Sequence record: PP968062.1
DNA: 64,000 nt
Direction: 5' to 3' (one strand)
Source: Pseudomonas phage HPP-Temi
Shown here: positions 49,008 to 56,946 of the stretch, one piece after another
Position numbering within the stretch: position 1 is the stretch's first letter
How the letters are laid out: every line of letters begins with the position of its first letter
Program-made: the position numbers and the translations under genes
The notes under the pieces: generated by a model
The model's database searches: none
What the model was told of the DNA's origin: nothing
What the model saw: the letters and a program-made list of their open reading frames with translations, nothing else

Positions 49008-49604
49008 ATGACTAAGTTTAGTGAAATGCCGTTTAATCTGATGGACACTGCACATCATCCAAAGCCTACTCCTGAAGATGAAGCGAGACTCTCTGAAGCC
49101 CTTGATAAAATCTTTTCCCGTAATCCGCAAATGGAGCACAATCAAATGACCGCACTAACCCCGAAAGAACAACTGGACCAAGCAGTAGAAGCCTCCGCAG
49201 TTGCTGCTCAACAACTGATAAAAGAAGATGGCTGGGCTATCCTTCGTGAACTGTATCGCGAGACGGCTATTGCCCTCAACGCTACCTCTATTGTTGTTCT
49301 CCCGGCTTTGGACCGTCGTGAAGAAATCCTGGGCAAACTCAGTGATCCTGAAGGCTTCTCGAAAGACCTGCAAAACTGCATGGCTGACGTTGAGCAGATG
49401 ATCAACGCCCTGGGAGCTCTTCGTGTTCTTCATGTAGACAAAACTGGTATTCCGGAACTGGCTGATCTCGATCTGATCGGTAAGCTAACTCTGGGCTATG
49501 CAAATCTCCAACACAAGATCGAAACAGGTGTTCAGCCTCTGCTGCTGGCTCTGGTCGCCAAAATGCAAGAAGCTGGTGTAGACACTGTTTCCTTCGTGAA
49601 ATAA
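49008..49604 (+). CDS. hypothetical protein, about 198 aa (ATG at 49008 preferred over the track start at 48948)
   Basis: SD GGAG; the track start lies inside the divergent promoter region. Confidence 0.55.
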   Translation: MTKFSEMPFNLMDTAHHPKPTPEDEARLSEALDKIFSRNPQMEHNQMTALTPKEQLDQAVEASAVAAQQLIKEDGWAILRELYRETAIALNATSIVVLPALDRREEILGKLSDPEGFSKDLQNCMADVEQMINALGALRVLHVDKTGIPELADLDLIGKLTLGYANLQHKIETGVQPLLLALVAKMQEAGVDTVSFVK

Positions 49605-49615
49605 GGTAATACAAA

Positions 49616-51217
49616 ATGCAAGAGCTTGATATGGATAAAGAAGACAATTACCCAGCTGAGGGTAATTGGGAACAACAAGCTGGTGCAGCAGAACAGGGAC
49701 CTACGGGTCCCACTCTGCCAGATGCCCCTGCTTCGGAAGAAGTAGCCTCTACTCCTCCTCCGGAACTTCCTCCTCTGGATATCGATCAGAAGGAAGTAAG
49801 TTTTACTGAATCTCGTAAGTGCTTCAGTGAGGCAATTCCTGGTTCCGCCTCTCTGATGAGTTTCATCCTTGAAAATCCCATCACCTTCAACAAAGTTCTG
49901 GAACGCCACAGTGCTCTCCTGAACGGAATGCAACAAGGTGATCTTACCACTACTAATAGCGATCGCGATTGGCTGATCTCTCTGGTGTCTGGTATGAACC
50001 ACACCAACCTTGACCCGACTCCTATCGGCGGCACTGAACGTCAAGGTTCTCACTGGCAACAAGGTATCTCGGCTCACGATGGTGACAATCTGATTCGTCC
50101 GGGTCGTCCTTCTCAGAAGATCGATCGTAATAAACGTCACAGCAAAGAAGAGCTCCTGGCTTACCTAGCTAAGAAGTCTGGTCTGGGTGCTACCTACGAA
50201 GCATTTATGCCTCGTTCTGGTATCTGGCTGCGCCTGCGTGCTCCGACTCTCTCTGAAGTCGTAGCTCTGCAAACCGAGATGCAACAAGTTAAACTGCGTC
50301 TGGGTATGCAAACCAAAGGCATGTCGTTCTCGAACGCTGGTTCCGTAATGATGGACGCAATGACTAACCTGGCTCTGTCCTGTGTTATTGCTTCTAACAA
50401 GTCTTACGTAACTCCGTCTGACCTGGAACACGAACTGTCGATCTTCGACGAAGCACTGTTGCACCACGCACTAGCTTCTACCATGTACATCGATGGTTTC
50501 AACTACGACGTACCGTGTATCGCTGATCCGGATAACTGTACCGCTCGCATCACTGCTAAGCTGAACATGTCTTCGATCGTTTGGTTCGATAACACTGTAT
50601 TCAGTACTGAACAACGTAAGTTCATCGCTAAGAAATTTGCACCTGCTACTGATGAAGACTTCAAAGCTTATCGTGAAGGCTTTGGTATCGGTGGTAAGCG
50701 AGTGTTCTGGTTCGGTGACATCGGTGTTCGTCTGGCTATCCCGACCATCGCTCAACGTAAGATGGCTGCTTCCCAGTGGTCTCAGACTCTGATCGAAATG
50801 TCTCAAGGTACTTTCAACGAGCCACCTCATGGCATACAGCGTTCTGCTTACATTGATAAGCTGAGCAAAGCTACCATCGCTATGCAATACGCTCACTGGG
50901 TCGATGCTATCTACGAGAAAGACGATGAAGTAGAAGACTTTGACGACCAACTGATTTCCGATGATGAAGAGATCATTAGTGACTATCTGGCGAATACCTT
51001 GAGTGACCCTCAGTACTCCGATGACTTCTTTGAATCGGTTCATGAATACACTAACTCCTGTGTACTCGCAATCGTTGCTCTGCCTTCGCATAACTGCAAG
51101 CAGTGCAAAGGTCCTCAAGGCCAGGCATTCAACGAACGATTCCCGCACCTTGTACCGCTCGATCTGATGGCAATATTTTTCACGTTGGCGGGCCAGAAAG
51201 CCAAGCACCTGGAGTAA
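49616..51217 (+). CDS. hypothetical protein, 533 aa (P/E-rich N-terminus, acidic C-terminal segment, C-terminal CKQCKG)
   Basis: Long ORF with an AAGGTAA SD. Confidence 0.65.
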   Translation: MQELDMDKEDNYPAEGNWEQQAGAAEQGPTGPTLPDAPASEEVASTPPPELPPLDIDQKEVSFTESRKCFSEAIPGSASLMSFILENPITFNKVLERHSALLNGMQQGDLTTTNSDRDWLISLVSGMNHTNLDPTPIGGTERQGSHWQQGISAHDGDNLIRPGRPSQKIDRNKRHSKEELLAYLAKKSGLGATYEAFMPRSGIWLRLRAPTLSEVVALQTEMQQVKLRLGMQTKGMSFSNAGSVMMDAMTNLALSCVIASNKSYVTPSDLEHELSIFDEALLHHALASTMYIDGFNYDVPCIADPDNCTARITAKLNMSSIVWFDNTVFSTEQRKFIAKKFAPATDEDFKAYREGFGIGGKRVFWFGDIGVRLAIPTIAQRKMAASQWSQTLIEMSQGTFNEPPHGIQRSAYIDKLSKATIAMQYAHWVDAIYEKDDEVEDFDDQLISDDEEIISDYLANTLSDPQYSDDFFESVHEYTNSCVLAIVALPSHNCKQCKGPQGQAFNERFPHLVPLDLMAIFFTLAGQKAKHLE

Positions 51218-51282
51218 TCAACGAGGACCCCCGTCATAGTCGTCTGACAATTAACTTGGATGACTATAACGGGCACGTCACA

Positions 51283-51678
51283 ATGAACTCTTTCGGTCGT
51301 AGGACATCTAACGGTAAGAGTGCATTCGATGAACTCGTGCGGACGCTAGGAGCCGTAAGGCCAGTTATCGCTGAGATGATGACGCGCAAGGCTTATCATA
51401 AAGACTATGGTATTTTCGATCACGATTCAGATGAAGCAGATCCTTTGGACTTGGTTCGCCTGCATCCTAAAGAAAACATCATTGAAGGTGGACCTGAGCG
51501 TACTTGGATTCGTAAATTCGTTAACTACAAGATCAATGAGATCTACGGAGTGTCGTTATTAGACTTCTTCGAGATTCCATTTAACCATTGCCTGTTTATG
51601 GTTGAACTCGCTGAGTCAAAAGCTCTGCAAGGTAGTATTCAGGCTAGACAGCTTGAGAAAGATCTTGGACTGAAATAA
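51283..51678 (+). CDS. hypothetical protein, about 131 aa (start uncertain)
   Basis: The track ORF 51103..51678 overlaps the previous gene; the first ATG after its stop is at 51283, with a weak SD. Confidence 0.4.
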   Translation: MNSFGRRTSNGKSAFDELVRTLGAVRPVIAEMMTRKAYHKDYGIFDHDSDEADPLDLVRLHPKENIIEGGPERTWIRKFVNYKINEIYGVSLLDFFEIPFNHCLFMVELAESKALQGSIQARQLEKDLGLK

Positions 51679-51731
51679 AAAAAAAATAAGGCATACGCCC
51701 TCTCCCGAAGGAGAGGGCTATATGTCGTCTT
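51676..51731. terminator. A10 run plus hairpin (gccctctcc-cgaa-ggagagggc) plus TATATGTCGTC; bidirectional terminator at a convergence point
   Basis: Family member; shares the aaaaaaaaaataa-gccctctcc architecture with the 1335-1385 element. Confidence 0.6.
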
Positions 51732-51969
51732 ACACTTGCGCTTCGATCATCATGAAAAGACCACCCAAGAAGAGGGTTAACAACGCAACGATTGCAGCGC
51801 CCCACATGAGGACAGTGCAGATTGTGTTGATACGGTCCAACATGATTCGATCTTTCTTGGGTAGACGAGTACGACGGATATCGTCATCGTCTTTCACCAG
51901 TTTGGCTACAAACAAAGAGCCTGCAATAACTGCAAGCGCGATCCACCAGACGAGCATGATGGCTTCCAT
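51730..51969 (-). CDS. small membrane protein, 79 aa
   Basis: ORF; 2 TM. Confidence 0.5.
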   Translation of the reverse strand: MEAIMLVWWIALAVIAGSLFVAKLVKDDDDIRRTRLPKKDRIMLDRINTICTVLMWGAAIVALLTLFLGGLFMMIEAQV

Positions 51970-51982
51970 GATGAACTCCTTG

Positions 51983-52243
51983 TTACTTCATAAACATCCA
52001 GGGTGGCATCTGTAGCGTCGTGTAGACACTAACCAAAGCCGTGAGGAGAAGCACTAGGTAAATAGCAAAGCTAATAGCCCAGCTAACACAGAGGAACATA
52101 CAGAAGTACTTCCAATTGGGAAGCCACTTGCATACGCCCATTACGAACAGCCATGACACGATATAACCAATCAGGAACATCAGTCCTGGGAAGCTAATCG
52201 TAGCGTAGATAAAGGCAATTGGGTTGGTGAACATCAGATCCAT
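51983..52243 (-). CDS. small membrane protein, 86 aa
   Basis: ORF; 3 TM. Confidence 0.5.
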   Translation of the reverse strand: MDLMFTNPIAFIYATISFPGLMFLIGYIVSWLFVMGVCKWLPNWKYFCMFLCVSWAISFAIYLVLLLTALVSVYTTLQMPPWMFMK

Positions 52244-52251
52244 GTTGGTCC

Positions 52252-52440
52252 CTATTTAGGAAGCATGTCAAAGAGATGGTATCCTGCGTAGCCTGTAACA
52301 GCGATTATGACCATTCCAATAAGAACCGTTACGATTCTATCCGACGGGGTCTTACCGCTTGCTACAAGCCCGTAGAACGTCGTTAAGCCTCCTATCAACA
52401 ACAGGGTGAAGAAGGCAAAGACTATTACGGTCCAACTCAT
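52252..52440 (-). CDS. small membrane protein, 62 aa
   Basis: ORF; 2 TM. Confidence 0.5.
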   Translation of the reverse strand: MSWTVIVFAFFTLLLIGGLTTFYGLVASGKTPSDRIVTVLIGMVIIAVTGYAGYHLFDMLPK

Positions 52441-52443
52441 AGG

Positions 52444-52644
52444 TCAACTCAGGAAGATGATGTAGAAGGCAGCGATCACCAGCAAGATTACCGCCAGGAT
52501 TGCCGCCAGTGGACCGGAGATATTGAAAGCTTTCGCCAACTCGATCGGCATGTGGGATGTTTTAACACCCAATGCGTGCTTCAGGCAATACACGGCGAAC
52601 AGGATAATGATCAGAAAGCAGAAAACGTTAGACAGAAATGCCAT
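52444..52644 (-). CDS. small membrane protein, 66 aa
   Basis: ORF; 2 TM; SD AAAGGAG; early-promoter-like motif upstream. Confidence 0.5.
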   Translation of the reverse strand: MAFLSNVFCFLIIILFAVYCLKHALGVKTSHMPIELAKAFNISGPLAAILAVILLVIAAFYIIFLS

Positions 52645-52669
52645 GGTATTACTCCTTTAGAGGGGCTAT

Positions 52670-52698
52670 ATTCATTGTTGTAATATAGGCTTTAAACC
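52670..52698 (-). promoter_or_regulatory. putative early promoter, TTTAAAgccTATATTACAAcaa (minus)
   Basis: Fourth copy of the motif. Confidence 0.5.
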
Positions 52699-53021
52699 AG
52701 TTTAAGTACATACGACAGGTTAGCCATAGCAAACAGGGCTACTGTAAAGAACCCAAACCAACCGATGAAGTAGTAACGATAATCACGCCACCACTTGGGA
52801 GTATCATAACCATTCGGATTGATTACAGCATTACCGATACCCAATACACAGGTCCAGATAGCTGCAACACCAGTAAGGATACTCAGCGTAGTGAACGGTA
52901 GATAAATATACGCTGCGATAGGGATAGCAATAACCGCAACAAGAATGCAGAACATCAGGTTGGGGAAAGGAAGAGCACCGTGGGGAGCGTTTTCATAAGC
53001 GTGTTGAGAGAAAGTAGTCAT
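52692..53021 (-). CDS. membrane protein, about 109 aa (start at the ATG with an AAGGAAAA SD)
   Basis: ORF; 3-4 TM. Confidence 0.5.
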   Translation of the reverse strand: MTTFSQHAYENAPHGALPFPNLMFCILVAVIAIPIAAYIYLPFTTLSILTGVAAIWTCVLGIGNAVINPNGYDTPKWWRDYRYYFIGWFGFFTVALFAMANLSYVLKLV

Positions 53022-53031
53022 TTCATTTTCC

Positions 53032-53304
53032 TTAGATGTTGGTAACAGCAATTACAAACAGGATCAGCGTAAAGTAAGTTAATACCAGGTAACATTTCTT
53101 TACGAACGTATGGATCAATCGGGTCAACGCAATCTCAGAATACTCTATAGACTGCTTTATTAACGTCGGTTTGATGTTCTGTCCGGCTAAACGTAACATG
53201 TGTTTATAGTGCGCGGTTCTGTACTCCTCGCGGAGCTTCAGTTCCAATACATACATCATGACGGCTAATATCGGTGAAACAATAAGCAGGATCACAGGTG
53301 ACAT
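53032..53304 (-). CDS. membrane protein, about 90 aa (start at the internal ATG with a GAGGAAA SD)
   Basis: ORF; TM. Confidence 0.45.
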   Translation of the reverse strand: MSPVILLIVSPILAVMMYVLELKLREEYRTAHYKHMLRLAGQNIKPTLIKQSIEYSEIALTRLIHTFVKKCYLVLTYFTLILFVIAVTNI

Positions 53305-53323
53305 TTCTCTATTTCCTCTTCGT

Positions 53324-53358
53324 GGCATAAAGCCCACCCGGAGGTGGGCTATGTTTAG
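53324..53358 (-). terminator. hairpin (gcccacc-cgga-ggtgggc) with GGCATAAAG / TATG flanks
   Basis: Family member after the helicase gene stop. Confidence 0.55.
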
Positions 53359-54890
53359 TGCATGGATATACGCCGTAGCACCATCGACAATGTCTTCCCA
53401 GCGAAATGTTCTCCTTTATTACGTGCATATCTCACGTGATGCGGTATGTTCTCGCAGACCATGTAGGTCAAACGTGGGACTACGTCAAGGAAATCTTTCA
53501 GCTTACGGAGACGACCCAGAATTTGGATGTTGTCTTTCTTCGAGTCAGTTGCTTGGAGAAGCACTACCTCACGAAGGTTAGGAATGTCTACACCTGTACC
53601 GGATGACTTAATAGTAGACACCGTAATGTCGTTATTAAGTAGCTGATCGTAACTACACCCAGAGACATGTCCGTTAACAGTCAAGTCAGGGAACTTAGTC
53701 TTCAGGTATTTAACCAGCTTTTCAATGAAGGCTACAGTTGCACACAGGAGGAGTAGCTTCTGACCAGGTAAGCGGTCTTTCACATACACGCCTTCTGCAA
53801 TACGACCAACCATCTTGAAGTATTCATCCATCCGCTTAGGATCTTTCATCATTACTGTTTCGTAACGCGCATGGTTATACGTGTTCTTAAACGGAGTCAG
53901 ATAATCCTTAGGCTTGATCTTAGGTTCGGTGTAGAGTAACCCCATGCAGTTGATGTAGACGTCGTAGTTAGGCAACCGACACATCGTCTCGGCAGGCAAC
54001 ATCTTGTCAATCATCTTCGTCACGTAGGCATTCCCTGTGTAGGGAGTAGCCGACAGATATATCTGCTTATTAATGTTCGAGTAAATATCGATCCGGAAGG
54101 TTAGACCTGGATCCTCTTGAATCTCGTCATTGATTTGGCAGCCTGCTTGGATTGCTTCGTGGAACCGGGGCGGTGGTACATTATACCCGAGCTCATGGAG
54201 TCGGTTTCCGTACTTCTCGAAGTTATCAAGATATGCCCGGTAGGTAGTAGAAGAGATTACAATAACGTCAATCCCTTCAAGATCGTTTTCAACGCCACGA
54301 TCAATCAGTTTCTGAAGCTCGGCGGAACCAGAGATTGTGATGTATCTCTGAGCAATGTCTTTGTACGTGTTCTGGAGAGCCTCAATCCAAATACCGAAGT
54401 ACTTGGGAGGAACCATCACAACGCAACGACACATCATCGAGGCAAGGGATGCTAGACTTGTTAGGGTCTTTCCTTTACCTGTTTGTAGGTCAACTCGTGC
54501 AGAGTGTAACCAGTCCCGCAAAATGTCTTCACGGATGATTTCCTGATAATCCCGCAGTACGTATTTTTCGTACATCTCGTAGGTAGCTGCTGCTGCCTTT
54601 GGGACAGGGATATCCTCAATCTCGACTCGTTCTCTTGGGATACCTTTGTTCTCCAGATAACCGATCAGGTCTTCTAGTGAATTTCGGTGGATATAAGTCT
54701 CTGATAGATCTTCGAAACAACCATAGTACTTTTTCTTGAGTTCCATGATGATTCGATTACCAGGGATCTTCTTAGGTTCTTTCAAAGAAAGCCCTTCAAG
54801 AAACCCCTGCATTTTAGCGAACGTTTCCCGAGTATACCCAGATAGTCGGACACCATGCGTATAGCGCTCAGCCTTGAGTATCGGTACCAT
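53355..54890 (-). CDS. SF2 (DExx-box) helicase, 511 aa
   Basis: Walker A TGKGKTL, motif II DEIQED, motif III SAT, motif VI QILGRLRK. Confidence 0.7.
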   Translation of the reverse strand: MVPILKAERYTHGVRLSGYTRETFAKMQGFLEGLSLKEPKKIPGNRIIMELKKKYYGCFEDLSETYIHRNSLEDLIGYLENKGIPRERVEIEDIPVPKAAAATYEMYEKYVLRDYQEIIREDILRDWLHSARVDLQTGKGKTLTSLASLASMMCRCVVMVPPKYFGIWIEALQNTYKDIAQRYITISGSAELQKLIDRGVENDLEGIDVIVISSTTYRAYLDNFEKYGNRLHELGYNVPPPRFHEAIQAGCQINDEIQEDPGLTFRIDIYSNINKQIYLSATPYTGNAYVTKMIDKMLPAETMCRLPNYDVYINCMGLLYTEPKIKPKDYLTPFKNTYNHARYETVMMKDPKRMDEYFKMVGRIAEGVYVKDRLPGQKLLLLCATVAFIEKLVKYLKTKFPDLTVNGHVSGCSYDQLLNNDITVSTIKSSGTGVDIPNLREVVLLQATDSKKDNIQILGRLRKLKDFLDVVPRLTYMVCENIPHHVRYARNKGEHFAGKTLSMVLRRISMH

Positions 54891-54891
54891 A

Positions 54892-54930
54892 AAAAATCAA
54901 CGAGGGGAATGGGAGAGCCGAAGCTCTCCC
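54892..54930 (-). terminator. hairpin (gggagagc-cgaa-gctctccc) between the beta-prime and helicase genes
   Basis: 8-bp stem; on minus it is followed by ATTCCCCTCGTTGATTTTTT. Confidence 0.5.
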
Positions 54931-54946
54931 AACCTCGGCCTCCAGC

Positions 54947-56920
54947 TTAGAGCAGTTTGCCTCCCATGACCGCGAGATCGTAGGGATGGTCGTTCCTCAG
55001 TGTGTAGAGGAAACTGCCAGGATTGTTCAACGGCTCATGTTGCTTCTCGAACGACATCGCACCTGCCAACGAACGGGACATCATCAGTTTGTTGTATTTC
55101 TCAAACTGACCCGTTATACCCGGCTTAGGCAGACGGTAATCGCGATCAGCGATAGAGCGCACCATCATAGCATAAACCAGAACCTCACAGTGAATTGCGT
55201 TCAGAGAGAACTTCTCGTTCAGCAGAGCCACAGTAGCCGCCAATGCATCAACGGGGTCTTTGTAGTTCTTAAGATAAGTCTTGCTAGTAAAACCTACCTT
55301 ATCTGAACTCAGTTTCGAACCTTCGGTATCACTACCGGAGTGCAGGAACGACTGGATACGCTTCATCACTTCGTACATGTTTACGTGCTTGTTCGGCAGC
55401 GTCAGGAACGGCAGAGTAAAGTCAAACCCAGCCATATCGATCACGATGTTATCGCGAGCATCCAGTTCCCAACGTACACGTTTGATGTGTTGTAGCATTT
55501 CAGTCGACAGACTAGCTCGACGGTTATACAGCGATACCGTCAGAACGTCACCTTCATCCACCCCTTCCACAGTACGAACCAAACCGATGCGTGTCAGTTC
55601 AGAAGCACTAGGCGCTGGATATGCACTCAGGTCATCAATCATCAGAATGTCGGCGAGGTTTTGTGCCTCGTTACGACCAATCATCAGACGGAAGCCTTTA
55701 CCCGATAGTTCTTTCTTCAGGTACAGCGTTTCAGCAGCAGAGCCTGTACGCAGATACTTCGCTTCGATACCACCGATCTGATACTGTTCAACCGCGGAGG
55801 TTGCGTCAGTGTGTTTAGTCGACAATACCGCAGAGGTGATCTTGTCACCCATGGATACAGCAGACACCTGACCAATGACAGTTCCTTTCGGAATGGAGAA
55901 GCTCAGTCGACCATAGCAACGGGAACATACGCCCTGAGGATCCGGATGCATACAACCCAGGATGGAACGCATCTTGATCTTCTTACCGATCAGATGTTTC
56001 TCATCACCTTTCAGCCAATCCAGTTGCCCAGTCTGTTCATTCAGATAGTACTTACCACGCAGTGCTTTCAACGTACCCTGCATTACAGGGAAGTCGATCA
56101 GATGACCATTACAGTCACCAGTGTGCAGGTTCTGTACGTACTGAGCAATCAGCTGAGATTTCCGGTTGAAGTACTCGGTTACTCGCAGAAGCTCTTTGTT
56201 ATACAGCAGAGCTTTTGTACCGGAGCGGGATTCGATCATGTTTTCATACAGACCCCAGATACCGTCAATGTAACCAGTGGTACACGGTTCACTGAAGATG
56301 TCAGAGTTAATGTCTGTCGGAAAACCACGAGGACCATATGCCTGGAGCAGCTGTTCCATTTTCTGCGTACCCGAACGCAGGCCTTCGATGATGCTGTTAC
56401 CACGGAACTGAGTTTCGTCGTTGAATGCCTCCTTAATCATGCCATAGGAAATATTCTCGATACCATGGGTAGTAGGCTGAACGTTTTCGTTTGCCTTTCG
56501 TACGGCCGGGTGGTTGTACACTTCCATGATATCGAAGATCGACAGAGTTGCGATGTAGGCACTCAGTCGAGTAGTGGTTTCGTTATACAGCCAGTTTTTA
56601 CCTTCGATGGCCAGCTTAGCCAGAATCTCAGGATCAATCTGTTCACCACTCCAACCGTGAATACCCCAGATCACTTTGTTCAGATACTTCACCAGGGACT
56701 TAGAGGTAACCCGAGTGGACGCCAGGTGATAGTCTTTCAGAACTGGTGCATCGGGGAAAGCTTTCAGTGGATACCAGAGCAGAACCGATAGCTTGGTGAT
56801 CCGATCTTTTGCATAGAGTTTCTCTCCGTCATCAAAGACGATCTCATGCCATTCACTCGGAATGGACCACAGTTCGTCATAGCTCATGTTGAGAAGATCG
56901 CGTGCTTTATACTGCTTCAT
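54947..56920 (-). CDS. RNA polymerase beta-prime-like subunit fragment (trigger-loop region), 657 aa
   Basis: RSILGCMHPDPQGVCSRCYGRLSFSIPKGTVIGQVSAVSMGDKITSAVLSTKHTDATSA resembles E. coli RpoC [56 protein letters not shown]. Confidence 0.7.
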   Translation of the reverse strand: MKQYKARDLLNMSYDELWSIPSEWHEIVFDDGEKLYAKDRITKLSVLLWYPLKAFPDAPVLKDYHLASTRVTSKSLVKYLNKVIWGIHGWSGEQIDPEILAKLAIEGKNWLYNETTTRLSAYIATLSIFDIMEVYNHPAVRKANENVQPTTHGIENISYGMIKEAFNDETQFRGNSIIEGLRSGTQKMEQLLQAYGPRGFPTDINSDIFSEPCTTGYIDGIWGLYENMIESRSGTKALLYNKELLRVTEYFNRKSQLIAQYVQNLHTGDCNGHLIDFPVMQGTLKALRGKYYLNEQTGQLDWLKGDEKHLIGKKIKMRSILGCMHPDPQGVCSRCYGRLSFSIPKGTVIGQVSAVSMGDKITSAVLSTKHTDATSAVEQYQIGGIEAKYLRTGSAAETLYLKKELSGKGFRLMIGRNEAQNLADILMIDDLSAYPAPSASELTRIGLVRTVEGVDEGDVLTVSLYNRRASLSTEMLQHIKRVRWELDARDNIVIDMAGFDFTLPFLTLPNKHVNMYEVMKRIQSFLHSGSDTEGSKLSSDKVGFTSKTYLKNYKDPVDALAATVALLNEKFSLNAIHCEVLVYAMMVRSIADRDYRLPKPGITGQFEKYNKLMMSRSLAGAMSFEKQHEPLNNPGSFLYTLRNDHPYDLAVMGGKLL

Positions 56921-56946
56921 TATTTACCTCTTGGCCTACGGCCTGG

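Noticed and set aside
49616-51217. Considered the 533-aa early-looking protein as a nuclear-shell (chimallin) or tubulin (PhuZ) candidate.
   Set aside because: There is no GGGTGSG tubulin motif, and I cannot recall a chimallin signature to match. It is left as hypothetical.
55811-56791. Plus-strand 326-aa ORF antisense to the RNAP beta-prime gene.
   Set aside because: Overlaps a gene with a clear RpoC motif match.
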